Notes under the pieces: generated by a model
Databases searched by the model: none
Seen by the model: only the letters and a program-made list of their open reading frames with translations
Told to the model about the DNA's origin: nothing
Position numbers and translations under genes: made by a program
Part shown: positions 45,401 to 55,301 of the stretch, in pieces
How the letters are laid out: each line of letters begins with the position of its first letter
Position numbering within the stretch: the stretch's first letter is position 1
Source: a virus
Lineage: Duplodnaviria; Caudoviricetes
DNA: 55,847 bases
Reading direction: 5' to 3' (one strand)
IMG/VR virus record: IMGVR_UViG_3300038301_000366
Coordinates: 1-55,847 of that record

Positions 45401-46142
45401 GAGCGCAGTCGATGGGATGGCGATGGACTGGTCTGATACTAAGGTGAATGAAGGTAAGGGAGGTAGCCACGATAAAGACTTATCAAAAACATTAGTGAAA
45501 GAAGCTAAAAAAACAGAAGACAAACAAATCGAAGGTATAACTACACTTAATAGTGAAATAGCCGCAACTAAAGAAGAAATTAAAAAGTTAAGCGAATCAC
45601 CTGCTGATATTACGAAAAGAGCACAGCTAGAAAGCAACATTCAAGCAAAGAATGCAGCTCTTCGAGATATGAATGTCGAAACGCACATGGAAGCTATCCT
45701 TAAAGCTAGGAAAAAAGATTTATCAAACACGATGAAAGGTACGTTTAAGGGGGAAGGTGATTTAAGCACTCAGGGTGGGAGAAAGTCTTATATTGATCAA
45801 ATAGATGCGAAAGTTAAGAAGCTAGAGGCGATTGATGCAGACCAACTAAGCCGAAAACAGAAACATGAGCTTCAGAATCTATTGGATCTAAGGGATGACT
45901 TTAGAATGTACTATGCTCAAGACGCATCTCTTTCCCCAGGTGGGGGTACTCCTTTCATAGGAAACGCAGGCTCTCTCGTTCAAGGAACTGAGACCGACAC
46001 TGCTATGCTTGTGGACTTCACAAAAGCAAAAGGCGGGGGGCGAGGAGGTGGTGATATGTATGTCACCATAAACGGAAATAACGAACAAGCTATGCTCGCT
46101 TCCCTTGAGAGCCATATGAAATCAATGGGCTTTATTGGATAG
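42426..46142 (+). CDS. Tape measure protein
   Basis: 1238 aa, helical/coiled-coil, Gly/Ala-rich hydrophobic patch, C-terminal GGGG..VTING; synteny. Start probably at ATG 42432. Confidence 0.85.
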   Translation: MIMANSYFEEVVKLTNDMDPLIKKFEKLTTKNDTFLNSELKRLKGYQSFMEKINNNLCNAIKTRSTAEARSLKEIAERTSNNHKEIMSLMKKRSQAERDLYNAKTKEEQDIHRQRIQNLASELETTKETEQMEKKNAQNIIDGLTKYQRAIDNMNGRVRGTIFDPQVGFFGSGAKLKDMDKNVEFMETRMVGMADTVGDAFSGSLDSVQSRIDKLGRGAGSFIKDLSTAAKMKKAEKGGGGGMALNLMSKLSGVGTLLTGLTAGFGALFAIFKVMQAVEEKIKAVNSELLDTYGASDLVASGMTNVYDSVNQIRKELSDPNFANGLGVTLEEARKLAYTFNDIGISFGSLQDDGLSLTDSVTKLKEMTTVFQASAKTLGVDFSALVGFGKEFRQELGVSVKEGKYLERMSQEFGRIRDLAKQSSLNTKDFFGVIQDLSQGIGTMNIRIGEAATLFVNLQKVLGPQAAQAFVKGLAGGFKGEGIQDRFKRIILTGGMKKVMKRSAEDTKKDFFSLFAGGKLDKVLGEAGVNKNTNFAKMTDAELEKAMGVLRRKGGTEGEGAARQLMKSVRLARGGEGGLSAQALALGDLDMTGALSAQMKQLYSVTGGKGFRDVTAIEMEKISQMTGKSIEDLEGMRHLDMAMREDFRVLQEVQSKNTSETGARDADKIKKALEEQGLTGLNVDKEGNITDKSGRQIKDIQDYIASQGAVIDAKEGIDAQLDQVALLQEVVEATMTSADMINNHLGGLIQGMSDPINALAGRFVFGTRRKKLAKARELRGEIKGDTKQLQKDREKERKRAGAERLRIDKIRNKKKREEAQKAEEETIKRKEKGFKKQQLEIEIKSKQASLLAQNRTLAKGDESGKAAAIAEISKKGGDTQKRVEESLGAKKSLEAYLQSEGVTKEQLMTVVGGGQIKDHTEATGFIQEWFGGSGRDPDDLANEEKIKKIMKLYNIKTLAKLKNDPVYTGGTKTSQQSAILQMGSGQSVSLDQSAVDGMAMDWSDTKVNEGKGGSHDKDLSKTLVKEAKKTEDKQIEGITTLNSEIAATKEEIKKLSESPADITKRAQLESNIQAKNAALRDMNVETHMEAILKARKKDLSNTMKGTFKGEGDLSTQGGRKSYIDQIDAKVKKLEAIDADQLSRKQKHELQNLLDLRDDFRMYYAQDASLSPGGGTPFIGNAGSLVQGTETDTAMLVDFTKAKGGGRGGGDMYVTINGNNEQAMLASLESHMKSMGFIG

Positions 46143-46152
46143 GATTTGAACT

Positions 46153-46809
46153 ATGGCGAAGATTATTAAACCAACATTTAACTCACACTTAGATGAGTAC
46201 AATAAAGCACTCAATAAAAGACCTGTTTACTTTGATATTATACACCCTGATGGAGTTACTTCTCTGTTAGGTGATTTAAGACTTGTGTGCCATGTAAACC
46301 CTACACAACTCTCTTTCTCTTACCAAAAAAAAGTTAGTCGTAGTCCTACGATTGGAGGGTGGATTGAAACCTATTGGGGCGATGAGCCTTACACAATAAC
46401 TCTTGATATGAGTACGGGTGGTTTTATTCGGGTTTTTTCGGGTCTTTCCAACACCACAGGTCCTGTTAACTCTCTCCAACAAGAAAGAACCGCCACTGTT
46501 GGTATGCCTTCAAGTTCTACTTACGGTATAGATCTCGGTGGTAATAGAAGAGAGACTCTAGCTTATGATAAATATTTAGACTTACTTTCTCTGTTCCACA
46601 ATAACGGGTCGATTTACGACAGCAGAGGTTATGTGACTCTACAGGGTAGAATCCAAATGAACTTTGATGGGGGGCAGTGGTACGGATGGTTTCAGAGTTT
46701 TTCTGTTTCCGAGACAGCCGACTCTCCTTTTGCCTTTAAGTTAAATATGGTTTTCCAAGTAGAAAGAGAAGTACATGGCGTAAGAACTCAAGGAGGAGAT
46801 TTTAGATGA
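46153..46809 (+). CDS. Tube-like baseplate/tail initiator protein (gp48/gp54-like)
   Basis: VNPTQLSFSY...T.GGW...WG.E...I.L; FDG..W.G.F.S.S..E...PF.F. Confidence 0.65.
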   Translation: MAKIIKPTFNSHLDEYNKALNKRPVYFDIIHPDGVTSLLGDLRLVCHVNPTQLSFSYQKKVSRSPTIGGWIETYWGDEPYTITLDMSTGGFIRVFSGLSNTTGPVNSLQQERTATVGMPSSSTYGIDLGGNRRETLAYDKYLDLLSLFHNNGSIYDSRGYVTLQGRIQMNFDGGQWYGWFQSFSVSETADSPFAFKLNMVFQVEREVHGVRTQGGDFR

Positions 46810-47777
46810 AAGGCACAACAGCAACAGTACCTTATATAGATCTTCCTATGGGAGAAGATGTAATCTTATTCCCTGAAGACAGCGAAGATCACTTTCCTAT
46901 AGATATGTCGAATCAAAACTTGAGGCAGTATTCTCCATTTATTTTGGAAGTTGTACCTCCTAAGATAAACATGGCTGATGGTAGTCAATATGAACAAAAC
47001 AAATTTCTGAAATCTCGTAATGCAAGTCTTCCTTTTAGTAGTCCTTTAAACCAAGCTAATAATCCGTTACCTAGATCAAGAACAGGGTTGTCTGACTTTA
47101 CCCCCCAACTCTCAAGTCTAGCGGGTTCTCCCATTAACGCTTCAAGTAAAAGCAGATCAAGGTCTAACTTAGGTAATACTATAGAAGCTGTTTCCCCTGC
47201 TTATACGGATACAGATAACCTCATTGATTATGCGATTCAGTATAGGGCTTTAGACACTCTCCCCCCGATTGTATTTATGATTAACCCTTCAAGCTTTGAA
47301 GTCTCTTATAATGCGATACAAAGCTATCAAGACCAAACTCGATATGGCTTTGTATTTCAAAGGTGGGGAGAGGAACTTCCGACAATAAGTATTAGCTGTT
47401 CAATAGGTGCTTTTATTGCAGGGTATAAAGGCAACAAAGGTCCTAATGGCTTAACACATACAGCTAGGAAAGACAGTGCAAGCTTCCGCCATCTGATGGC
47501 GATCTTTTCAGTCTATAGAAACAGTGCCGCTATCGCAGATCGAATAGGTCGTTCTAGAGCGTATCAAGCAGTAGGTAGGCAAGCAATACACTATGATGGT
47601 CAGACTTGGGAGGGTCGTATAGAAAGTATGAGCTACACTCTTGAAGAGTCTCGTCAAAATGGAGGTATTTCTTTTGATCTTTCTTTCACCGTTTACAATC
47701 ATAAGTTTAATGATCCTATGGAAGCCATTTTTGTAAAAAGACTCATGGACTTAAACTCAAGTGAGGAAGTAAGATGA
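46806..47777 (+). CDS. Second tube-like baseplate/tail initiator protein, paralog of 46153..46809
   Basis: INPSSFEVSY...T.YG...WGEE...ISI; YDG..W.G..ES.SY..EE. Confidence 0.65.
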   Translation: MKGTTATVPYIDLPMGEDVILFPEDSEDHFPIDMSNQNLRQYSPFILEVVPPKINMADGSQYEQNKFLKSRNASLPFSSPLNQANNPLPRSRTGLSDFTPQLSSLAGSPINASSKSRSRSNLGNTIEAVSPAYTDTDNLIDYAIQYRALDTLPPIVFMINPSSFEVSYNAIQSYQDQTRYGFVFQRWGEELPTISISCSIGAFIAGYKGNKGPNGLTHTARKDSASFRHLMAIFSVYRNSAAIADRIGRSRAYQAVGRQAIHYDGQTWEGRIESMSYTLEESRQNGGISFDLSFTVYNHKFNDPMEAIFVKRLMDLNSSEEVR

Positions 47778-50700
47778 GTAATATATTAGAAGACAGACCA
47801 TTCGCAGGGAATTGGTCGCAAGACACTCTTAACAAACACAGAAAGATAGTCTCTTGGACTCCTGATGCGATTGTTCATTTAAATGGGGACACTAAAATTG
47901 CAGGGTGTAATGAGTGTAAGAATAAAATCGACTTCCAAGCCTTTATTACTTCTGTTTCGGTGAACGGAGGGGTAAGTTCGGGTGATTCTTCTTCTTCCAT
48001 AGAAATGTCTATCCCTGGCCACTATGGCGACACTATTTTTAAAGATGGGGAATTCTTATTTTCAACAGGTGTTGAGGTAAATATTTACTACAGAGGTTTC
48101 TTTGAGATTGAAGGTCACGCACCTAAAGGTTCTCTTTACACAAATGAAGCAACTCAAGAACAATATGAACTTAGTGAGTTAGCCTTACGTCCTTACTACC
48201 CTGTATTTCATGGGGTAGTGACGAGTGTTTCTTTTAACTTTAGTGGGGGTTTTTATTCAGCAAGTCTGAGCTGTAATGGGATGCTTCATTTTTGGCAGAA
48301 CCAAAAGATAAACACCAATGCGGCGTACCTAGCGGCAGTCCCTGCTGAATCAAGAGGTTCAATGAGGTTAGATGGTCATGTTTACACGAACATGACTCCT
48401 CATCAGATTATCTATGACTTGTTTCGGGACTCAGGAGGTTCGGCAGGGGATGCAGAATGGGTTTTTAATTCTTCGAGTAATCAGAGTAATAAGAATCCTG
48501 CGGGTCGTAGCCTGTTTTCAGACGCTCTGAGATATTGGGAAACCCGATTTGCTCAAGGTATGTATGCTTTGAGGATGTATGGGGCTTCGGGTTCTATGTT
48601 CTCTACTCTCCAAACCGCTTTTATCGGTGATCCTTCAAGGGGTAAGAGAAAAGGCAAGGAGATAAGAAATATCATTAGAGGTCAGCGTGACATAACAAAG
48701 AATGGTAAGCCTACAAGTCTTGAGTTGGGTGTTGCTCAAACTTTAGGTGTCTTTGAGAAGGACGATAAAAACCGCTTCTTGAGAGGTGTTGATTTAGAAT
48801 ATTCCGTTGAGTTAGACGACACAGGAAGGGGTGGCTTAGGTCTACTCGCTACAGAGCTAAAGTCGTTCATTACAGACATTGGGGCTTTAGGTAATGTTGA
48901 GTTATTCTCAAGTAGCTTTGAAACTAAACAGCAGATTGCAGATACGGTAGCTGAGAAAGTTGGTTATGAGTTTTATCAAGATATGGATGGAGACTTAGTT
49001 TTTAAACCACCCTTCTATAATATGGACACTAGCTCTAGTCGCATCTATAGAATTAAGAGGGAAGATGTACTTGATATTTCTTTCCAACATGAAGAACCTG
49101 CTTATACCTATGCTATATGTAAAGCAGGGATGTTTAGAAATACAGCAGGTTTGGGTATGGAGGGAACTTGGGGGGTTAAAGGAACTTACGTTGATTATAG
49201 GCTTGTTGCAAAATATGGATGGAAGCCTTTAGAATTTGATTCAACTTTCTTCAACACAGCAAGGCAAGCCTTTTTTGCTGCTGTTGTAGAGTTAGAGAAA
49301 GCAAATACAAATATTAATGGGTGTAGTTTAACTATCCCTTTAAGACCTGAGTTAAAGGCGGGTTACCCTATCTATATTGAACACATAGATTGCTTTTATT
49401 ATGTCACAGCAATCGCTCATTCTTTCTCTTTCGGAGGAGATTGTACTACGAGCTTAACTCTTACAGCTCGAAGAAAGAAGTACCTCCCACCAGGAGATCC
49501 TAAAAAGAATGGTATTGACTCAATAAGATTAGACAATCCTTTGTACCCCCCGAAGGCTTTAATATCTAAAGACGGGGACGGAGTTCATTATAATAGGATA
49601 GGATTTCCTAATGTAGTGATGGCACTAGATCCATACCACATAGACCCAACTCAAGTTCTTAATGGGTTAGATCTCTTAAAAGGAGCAAATGCAGGGTTTA
49701 AGTCACTTGACCGAAAACTCTACAGAAATATGTTAATAAAATATGCACTATCTTTAAAATGTCTTAGACTCTCAAATGCTCCTGAAGATAGTTCCCCCGA
49801 TGATGTTACTTTATATAAAGGACCTTGGATTATAACTAAGGCAAATGGAGATAAAGGTACTTTAAAAATTGGAGTGGTTGAAACCCACAGAAAAAGAACA
49901 AAAAAAGGAAAGAAATATGTGACGAAGACCCGAAAGGGGATGGCAGATATGCTTGCAGGGGAGTTAGGTTTAAATCAAATAGGAAACGATTTAAGAGCTG
50001 GTAGGAAATATGCAGCTAGGCTAAGAAAGCGAGGAAAGAAAAACGCTAAAGTTGTTGACGAGGAAGTACTAGCCGCTTATGAGAAAGCTAAGGCAAAATT
50101 GCGAGGGAATAATGGTGAGGCTACGATCATTGATTTAATCGAAGCCATTGAACATAGGGTCAAAGCCGATACAAACACACAAGGAACTTCGGCAGAGCTT
50201 GCTAGGTTATCTAATAAGAAATCGAGTTTTAACCCTAATCAACCTGGATATTACCGATATTATTCATGTTCTCACCCCAAAGAAGAACATCAAGGACCTC
50301 CTCAGACTAGAGCTAATAACGTAACGAAAAAAACAGACGATCTTACAGTAGCGGGGAAGAAAGTAGAAGATGCGAAAGAAGAGGCAACCCAAATCACTCT
50401 TGAAAATGTGGCTATAGACGAGACTGATACTAGGCAGATAAAGAACGAAGTTGGGGCTACGGGAGATCACAATAAAGTTCAGTTTGGGGACGGCACAATA
50501 AAGAGAGGTTTACTTACAAGAACTAGGTATACAAGCACTAAAACTGAAGTCGTTCCTACGAAAGATATTCTATTTCTTTCTTTTCAAGAACATGGCTATG
50601 CAGTTTACAAACAAAATTATAGATTCAGTGTTAGTGGTAAAATTACACCGACAGAGCTTTATACTGCGATAAAGAAAGCAATCACAGCGAGAATTAGGTG

Positions 50701-51700
50701 GGCGTGTGGGAAAAAAACAAGATCAGCTACTACAGCGAATGGTAAGTTGTTTCGGAAAAAAGGACCTTCCAGATTCCAATTAGTGAGAGTGCTAACAATT
50801 AATGAAAAAGACGACCTTAAACACACCAAAGTTGTAGGAAACATTGATGCTAATAATATACAAAAGGTTATTATATCTACGGCTAATAATTTAATGAGTC
50901 AGTTAATAAATGATTGGGGAGCCTTGACAGAAACAACGAAGGAAATGGACAGGAAAGTTGTTCTAAAGATTGTGAAGGAAGTTTCTGCTCATTTGGGTGC
51001 GAAAACAAAACTAGGGAGAAGAATAACATACTCAGCAAATCCGGGGTGGGAGTATGCAGATTCTTGGAAAAGCCCAATCTTCCCTGTTTCAGATGAAAAA
51101 GGGTATGAGCTGTTTGGGGCTTATCAGTATGGTCGAGGGTTAAATATAATTAATGGTGCTCAGTTTGACTCCCTTTTGAAGCAGGACAGAACCCGAATCT
51201 TAAATGAAGATGATATAGATTCATTTCTCACAGACTTGCACAAACTAAAAAAAGAGAACTTAACTATAGAACAAAGAAAAGCTCATTTTGAATCATTGAC
51301 TGAGAAAGTTTATAAACGTCTATATCAAGATGAAGGAAAACTAGAGAAGGCGTTTAATCGACTTACAGGGGAGAAGCTTCAAGGAGAGAATAAGAAACAA
51401 GGTTTTATTGAGGGTGTTTCTAAGGCTTTAATGACTCAAACAAATGACCAAGTAGTTGCGAATGTTCCTGTGCGTCTTTCAGAAATAAGACCTGAAACGA
51501 GAGGGGGTGCTGCTTGTGATTGTAGAGGAGACACTAGCGATGTTGAGATCTTCTTAGCTGACGAAGGCAACTATTTGGGTGTACAAAGCCCGACTGATTT
51601 AGATGACAGTCATATTGTTTCCCATTACAAAGAGGAGATGAGGGGTAAAGTAGACCAATGGAAGCGTAGACAAGATAAGTTATCAGGAGAAACAGAATGA
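47774..51700 (+). CDS. Baseplate hub protein (gp27-like) with a long C-terminal extension
   Basis: PVFHGVVTSVS, YEFYQDMDGDLVFKPPFYN, IPLRPELKAGYPIY...YYVTAIAHSFSFGG.CTT.LTL. Confidence 0.75.
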   Translation: MSNILEDRPFAGNWSQDTLNKHRKIVSWTPDAIVHLNGDTKIAGCNECKNKIDFQAFITSVSVNGGVSSGDSSSSIEMSIPGHYGDTIFKDGEFLFSTGVEVNIYYRGFFEIEGHAPKGSLYTNEATQEQYELSELALRPYYPVFHGVVTSVSFNFSGGFYSASLSCNGMLHFWQNQKINTNAAYLAAVPAESRGSMRLDGHVYTNMTPHQIIYDLFRDSGGSAGDAEWVFNSSSNQSNKNPAGRSLFSDALRYWETRFAQGMYALRMYGASGSMFSTLQTAFIGDPSRGKRKGKEIRNIIRGQRDITKNGKPTSLELGVAQTLGVFEKDDKNRFLRGVDLEYSVELDDTGRGGLGLLATELKSFITDIGALGNVELFSSSFETKQQIADTVAEKVGYEFYQDMDGDLVFKPPFYNMDTSSSRIYRIKREDVLDISFQHEEPAYTYAICKAGMFRNTAGLGMEGTWGVKGTYVDYRLVAKYGWKPLEFDSTFFNTARQAFFAAVVELEKANTNINGCSLTIPLRPELKAGYPIYIEHIDCFYYVTAIAHSFSFGGDCTTSLTLTARRKKYLPPGDPKKNGIDSIRLDNPLYPPKALISKDGDGVHYNRIGFPNVVMALDPYHIDPTQVLNGLDLLKGANAGFKSLDRKLYRNMLIKYALSLKCLRLSNAPEDSSPDDVTLYKGPWIITKANGDKGTLKIGVVETHRKRTKKGKKYVTKTRKGMADMLAGELGLNQIGNDLRAGRKYAARLRKRGKKNAKVVDEEVLAAYEKAKAKLRGNNGEATIIDLIEAIEHRVKADTNTQGTSAELARLSNKKSSFNPNQPGYYRYYSCSHPKEEHQGPPQTRANNVTKKTDDLTVAGKKVEDAKEEATQITLENVAIDETDTRQIKNEVGATGDHNKVQFGDGTIKRGLLTRTRYTSTKTEVVPTKDILFLSFQEHGYAVYKQNYRFSVSGKITPTELYTAIKKAITARIRWACGKKTRSATTANGKLFRKKGPSRFQLVRVLTINEKDDLKHTKVVGNIDANNIQKVIISTANNLMSQLINDWGALTETTKEMDRKVVLKIVKEVSAHLGAKTKLGRRITYSANPGWEYADSWKSPIFPVSDEKGYELFGAYQYGRGLNIINGAQFDSLLKQDRTRILNEDDIDSFLTDLHKLKKENLTIEQRKAHFESLTEKVYKRLYQDEGKLEKAFNRLTGEKLQGENKKQGFIEGVSKALMTQTNDQVVANVPVRLSEIRPETRGGAACDCRGDTSDVEIFLADEGNYLGVQSPTDLDDSHIVSHYKEEMRGKVDQWKRRQDKLSGETE

Positions 51701-54030
51701 GTCCTAAGAGTAGTAAGATGAATATCTCATCTGCGGGAGCAAGTGAGAGGGTCAGAAACAGTGCTTTAAAGCCTAGCAATCCTAGTTATGGTTGGTCAGC
51801 TCTTTCTCTTTGTATTGCTAAGATCATAGATGTCTTTCACCCTGAGATGAGATGTAATATTGAAATCGTCTATGGGGAACACCAACGCCCTAAGTATTCG
51901 GGTGTTGAGCTATGTGTCGCTTCAGCAGGTTCAAGGCACTTCTTAGGTGCGATCCCTCAAAAGGGTGATTACTGTGTGGTAGGTTGGGTAGCTAACTCTA
52001 ACGCTAAAGCAGACAGGAAACAGCCTGTTATTCTGACTTGGATGCCTCGTACTCCTTGGTTTGGTCAAGAGTGGTTACCTGTTCAAGATTACAGCACAGA
52101 AGAGGGGGTTTTAAATAACCCAAAGGATCGACAAGCCATAGATCAAGTGGGTCAAAGGATTCGCTTTAAGATGAGGCATATAGAGCCAGGGAATGTGTTG
52201 GCTTCATCTGCACAAGGTTCTGACTTAGTTTTAGATGAAGGGGTTCTTCTTACGAATAGGCGAGCGAATGAGATAAGACTTCGAGATCAAGATCAAGCGA
52301 TAGTGATGAGGTCAATCCAACAGTTCCATGCGACAGCAGGAGCTAGGGTCTATTCAGGTATGGTTCAGAGAGACGCACAGCACATACCTAAAGAAATGAT
52401 TTCTGATGGTGGGAAATGGGATGGGGATTTTCAAGTTGATGTGGAGACAGGGATTCCTTTTGAAGTCCCTGAAGCTATGGAAGCAAATGAGGTAGCTGAA
52501 GGGAATCTATTACCTCACAAGTTATTTCTTAGAGACTCTGATGGAAAGTCAGCGTTCGAGAAAGATGGGGGCAGTATAGAACCTTCCTTAAATCCATATA
52601 ACTTTTTCTTTGAAGCCAACTTAATAGACAAAGATGGTTTTGTCGTTACTTCCAATCCTGGAAGGTTGTTGTATGGGGGTAAATCAATCCTTAGAATGAA
52701 CAAAAAGGGATTAGATAGGAAGGCTAAGACAGGGAGTCCTATTTCAAATGCTTTATCAGAGTATAGGGTAGAAGTATCTCACACTTCAGATGGTACTTTA
52801 CCTGTCACTGAGCAGACAGATGGTTTTGATTCTGAACGGCTTGCAGAAGGAACACCTCTAGTTGAGTTTGTTTTAGGCAGTGTTGTGGGGAATGATCCTT
52901 TTAGTGCGGGGAGATCTGATTATGGTCTTCCTTTAGGTGTTTCTTTCTTGGATGGGGTAGGTACTCTTACACCTTTCCTTGAAGGCGAGGTGGGTACTCA
53001 ATGCGCTACCTTACTTAAAGTGAGTCCATTAAGTTCAGATCTTTCAGATTCATTTATTTCCTTCACCAAGAATGGTGCTTTGAAGGCGCAGATTTCTGAT
53101 CCTTCACCTGAATCTATAAGAGCTAATGTAGAAGGTGGAGGTCTAGTAGAGTTTAAGGGAGAGTTGAATGTTAGCTCTCCTTTATTAAACTTAAAAGGTG
53201 GGGTTGAAGGGATGAACTCTCTAGGGGTGAACATTACTTCTCCCGAAGGTGCAGTCAATATAACGGCAGGGGGTTTTACTTCTCCTAATGAAGGAGCTGA
53301 AAACCAAGACCCAAGAGAGTCTCAGGTTAGTCTTAGCATAAGTGGGAGGAAGGGTGTTTCTATTCAGTCAGGTACTGTAGTGAAGATTGTTTCTCCTGTT
53401 GTAGACTTTAGTAATGTGAAGACGTTTAGGTTTTCATCACAAGATACCTTCTCTATGAAGAGCGGTAGTTCTATGTCTACAGAGACTTCAGATATGACAG
53501 TTTCTGTATCGGGATCGAAGCAAGCCATGTATGCAGGGCCATCTAACTTCAACCCTCTTAACAATCAAGGAAAGTCAGAGACTTTTGGATCTTCTCCTGC
53601 TACGGGTAGCATTGGAGGAGCGGTTAAATCTGAGACTGTACTTTTTGGTGATGTTGATAAAACCACACTCACAGTAGGGGATCGAAATACCACAGTTGTG
53701 ATAGGTAACATCAACCACACTTCAGTGTTAGGTTCAGTAAACAACCAAGCAGGACTTAACTCAGTGAGCGTAAGCCCTTTAGGTATCTCTGCTACTGCGG
53801 TATTTGGTAATGTTGAAGTACAGTCGATTGTAGGGCAAGTGAACATTACAGGGACTTTAGGTGTTGGTATTAGATCAGCTTCTAATGTTGCGATCCTATC
53901 AAGCTCCATAGTATTAAAGTCACCCGATGCTTCAGCAGGGTTTGTTATGTGTGCTTCAGACTTGCACCCTTTAATCGGTAAGCCTTATGGGTTTTTAGGG
54001 TTATTACCTAGAACTACGATCTTGGGTTAA
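51697..54030 (+). CDS. Baseplate central spike (gp5/VgrG-like OB fold plus beta-helix)
   Basis: N-terminal GAIPQKGDYCVVGW (OB fold); S/G/V/T-rich beta repeats at the C-terminus. Confidence 0.72.
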   Translation: MSPKSSKMNISSAGASERVRNSALKPSNPSYGWSALSLCIAKIIDVFHPEMRCNIEIVYGEHQRPKYSGVELCVASAGSRHFLGAIPQKGDYCVVGWVANSNAKADRKQPVILTWMPRTPWFGQEWLPVQDYSTEEGVLNNPKDRQAIDQVGQRIRFKMRHIEPGNVLASSAQGSDLVLDEGVLLTNRRANEIRLRDQDQAIVMRSIQQFHATAGARVYSGMVQRDAQHIPKEMISDGGKWDGDFQVDVETGIPFEVPEAMEANEVAEGNLLPHKLFLRDSDGKSAFEKDGGSIEPSLNPYNFFFEANLIDKDGFVVTSNPGRLLYGGKSILRMNKKGLDRKAKTGSPISNALSEYRVEVSHTSDGTLPVTEQTDGFDSERLAEGTPLVEFVLGSVVGNDPFSAGRSDYGLPLGVSFLDGVGTLTPFLEGEVGTQCATLLKVSPLSSDLSDSFISFTKNGALKAQISDPSPESIRANVEGGGLVEFKGELNVSSPLLNLKGGVEGMNSLGVNITSPEGAVNITAGGFTSPNEGAENQDPRESQVSLSISGRKGVSIQSGTVVKIVSPVVDFSNVKTFRFSSQDTFSMKSGSSMSTETSDMTVSVSGSKQAMYAGPSNFNPLNNQGKSETFGSSPATGSIGGAVKSETVLFGDVDKTTLTVGDRNTTVVIGNINHTSVLGSVNNQAGLNSVSVSPLGISATAVFGNVEVQSIVGQVNITGTLGVGIRSASNVAILSSSIVLKSPDASAGFVMCASDLHPLIGKPYGFLGLLPRTTILG

Positions 54031-54851
54031 ATATCCCCTAATAAGTCATCTAAGCCTAAGTCTGCTGATCCTTCTTTGAACTTTAAGAATTCTTCTCTGT
54101 TGTCTTCGTATTCTTTAAAGAGAGCATACTCTTCTTGGCTCATAGCTTCTTTCGACCAAAATTTATTGGAAGAAGTGGATAACTTTTGTCTTTCTTCTGC
54201 TCTGCGATTGGCTTCAGTTTTTGCTTCTTGTTTAGAGTCAAATACATCATTGGAAGAGACATAACTCCAATGCCCATCTTTTTTGTTCATAGGTGAGATA
54301 TGAAGTCCAAAAGTAACTTCTTCGATTTCAGACTTAATAACTCTCCCATCATGGTAGATAGCCCATAGTACATCACCCTCTCTAGGGGCGTAATCTGCTC
54401 TGTGAGCGAGTTTTTTAATAGATCTAGGTCGAGTAGCGGATGCCTTTAATCTACTCCCTGTAGCGTAATCTGAGGGCAAATAGCCTTTACTGTCTCTTTG
54501 TGGTTGGGTTTCCTCTTCTTGGGTTTCCTCTTCTTGGGTTTCCTCTTCTTGGGTTTCCTCTTCTTGGGTTTCCTCTTCTTGGGTTTCCTCTTCCATTAGG
54601 GGAAGTTGAGAAGGTGTTCCCATAGGCGTAAGGATAAACTTTTTACCTAAAGGTTCTTTCTTGAACAGGTTCTGTTTACATCCATGGTCTAAAATCATAT
54701 CCCAACGGGCTTGACCCATTTTTTTAATGCCCATAGAAGCACAAGCAAAGGGCTTCCAATGGTCAACCTTCTTTCTTTTAGAGCCCTTTTTAGCGAGGTC
54801 TTCTTTCAGTGCTTTTAAGATTGCTTCGCAAGCTGTCTTTTGTTCACTCAT
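54027..54851 (-). CDS. Hypothetical protein with (EEETQ)6 linker
   Basis: 274-aa ORF; AGGGTG RBS. Confidence 0.7.
   Translation of the reverse strand: MSEQKTACEAILKALKEDLAKKGSKRKKVDHWKPFACASMGIKKMGQARWDMILDHGCKQNLFKKEPLGKKFILTPMGTPSQLPLMEEETQEEETQEEETQEEETQEEETQEEETQPQRDSKGYLPSDYATGSRLKASATRPRSIKKLAHRADYAPREGDVLWAIYHDGRVIKSEIEEVTFGLHISPMNKKDGHWSYVSSNDVFDSKQEAKTEANRRAEERQKLSTSSNKFWSKEAMSQEEYALFKEYEDNREEFLKFKEGSADLGLDDLLGDI
54504..54593. repeat. Perfect 15-bp tandem repeat TTGGGTTTCCTCTTC x6
   Basis: Read directly; encodes EEETQ on the minus strand. Confidence 0.95.
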
Positions 54852-54859
54852 TAATCACC

Positions 54860-55255
54860 CTATTCGTAATAACCTAAGTCGTCTAGTTCGGAGAGGTCTA
54901 TGTATTCCTTTATTACTTCTCCTAGAGGTTCAGATTTTTCCCAAAATTTAAGGTCTTGGTTATGACCCCAAAGTATGGGTGGTGTAGTACATAAGAACTT
55001 ACTTTTATTGTCTCCAAACACCTTTTTAGTATCCATGTAATGCTCATGCAGTTCTCTTTCACTTTTGAAGTATAGACTTTTTTTAAGCCCTATGTTGTCA
55101 GCTTCTTCATAGACAACCATGCTTTTATCACCGTTAAAAACGAAGACATACACAACAGGCTTTGACTTTACCTTTACTGTTATGGGGGTTTTTTCATCGG
55201 GACACTCATTGATTCTTAAAGAAAGTACGTCTTTATAGTTTACGTCTAATATCAT
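54860..55255 (-). CDS. Hypothetical protein
   Basis: AAGGAGGA RBS. Confidence 0.7.
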   Translation of the reverse strand: MILDVNYKDVLSLRINECPDEKTPITVKVKSKPVVYVFVFNGDKSMVVYEEADNIGLKKSLYFKSERELHEHYMDTKKVFGDNKSKFLCTTPPILWGHNQDLKFWEKSEPLGEVIKEYIDLSELDDLGYYE

Positions 55256-55301
55256 GATCTTCCTCCTTACACCTTATATATCTGAAAATCTCATGTCTTC
55301 A

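Noticed and set aside
39845-54030. Bacterial eCIS, tailocin or T6SS locus
   Set aside because: Tape measure, neck genes, primase, kinases, phage-style hypotheticals and the lack of host housekeeping genes indicate a phage genome.
54504-54593. Perfect 15-bp repeats as a CRISPR array or iteron
   Set aside because: Head-to-tail with no spacers and in frame within a CDS (EEETQ linker).
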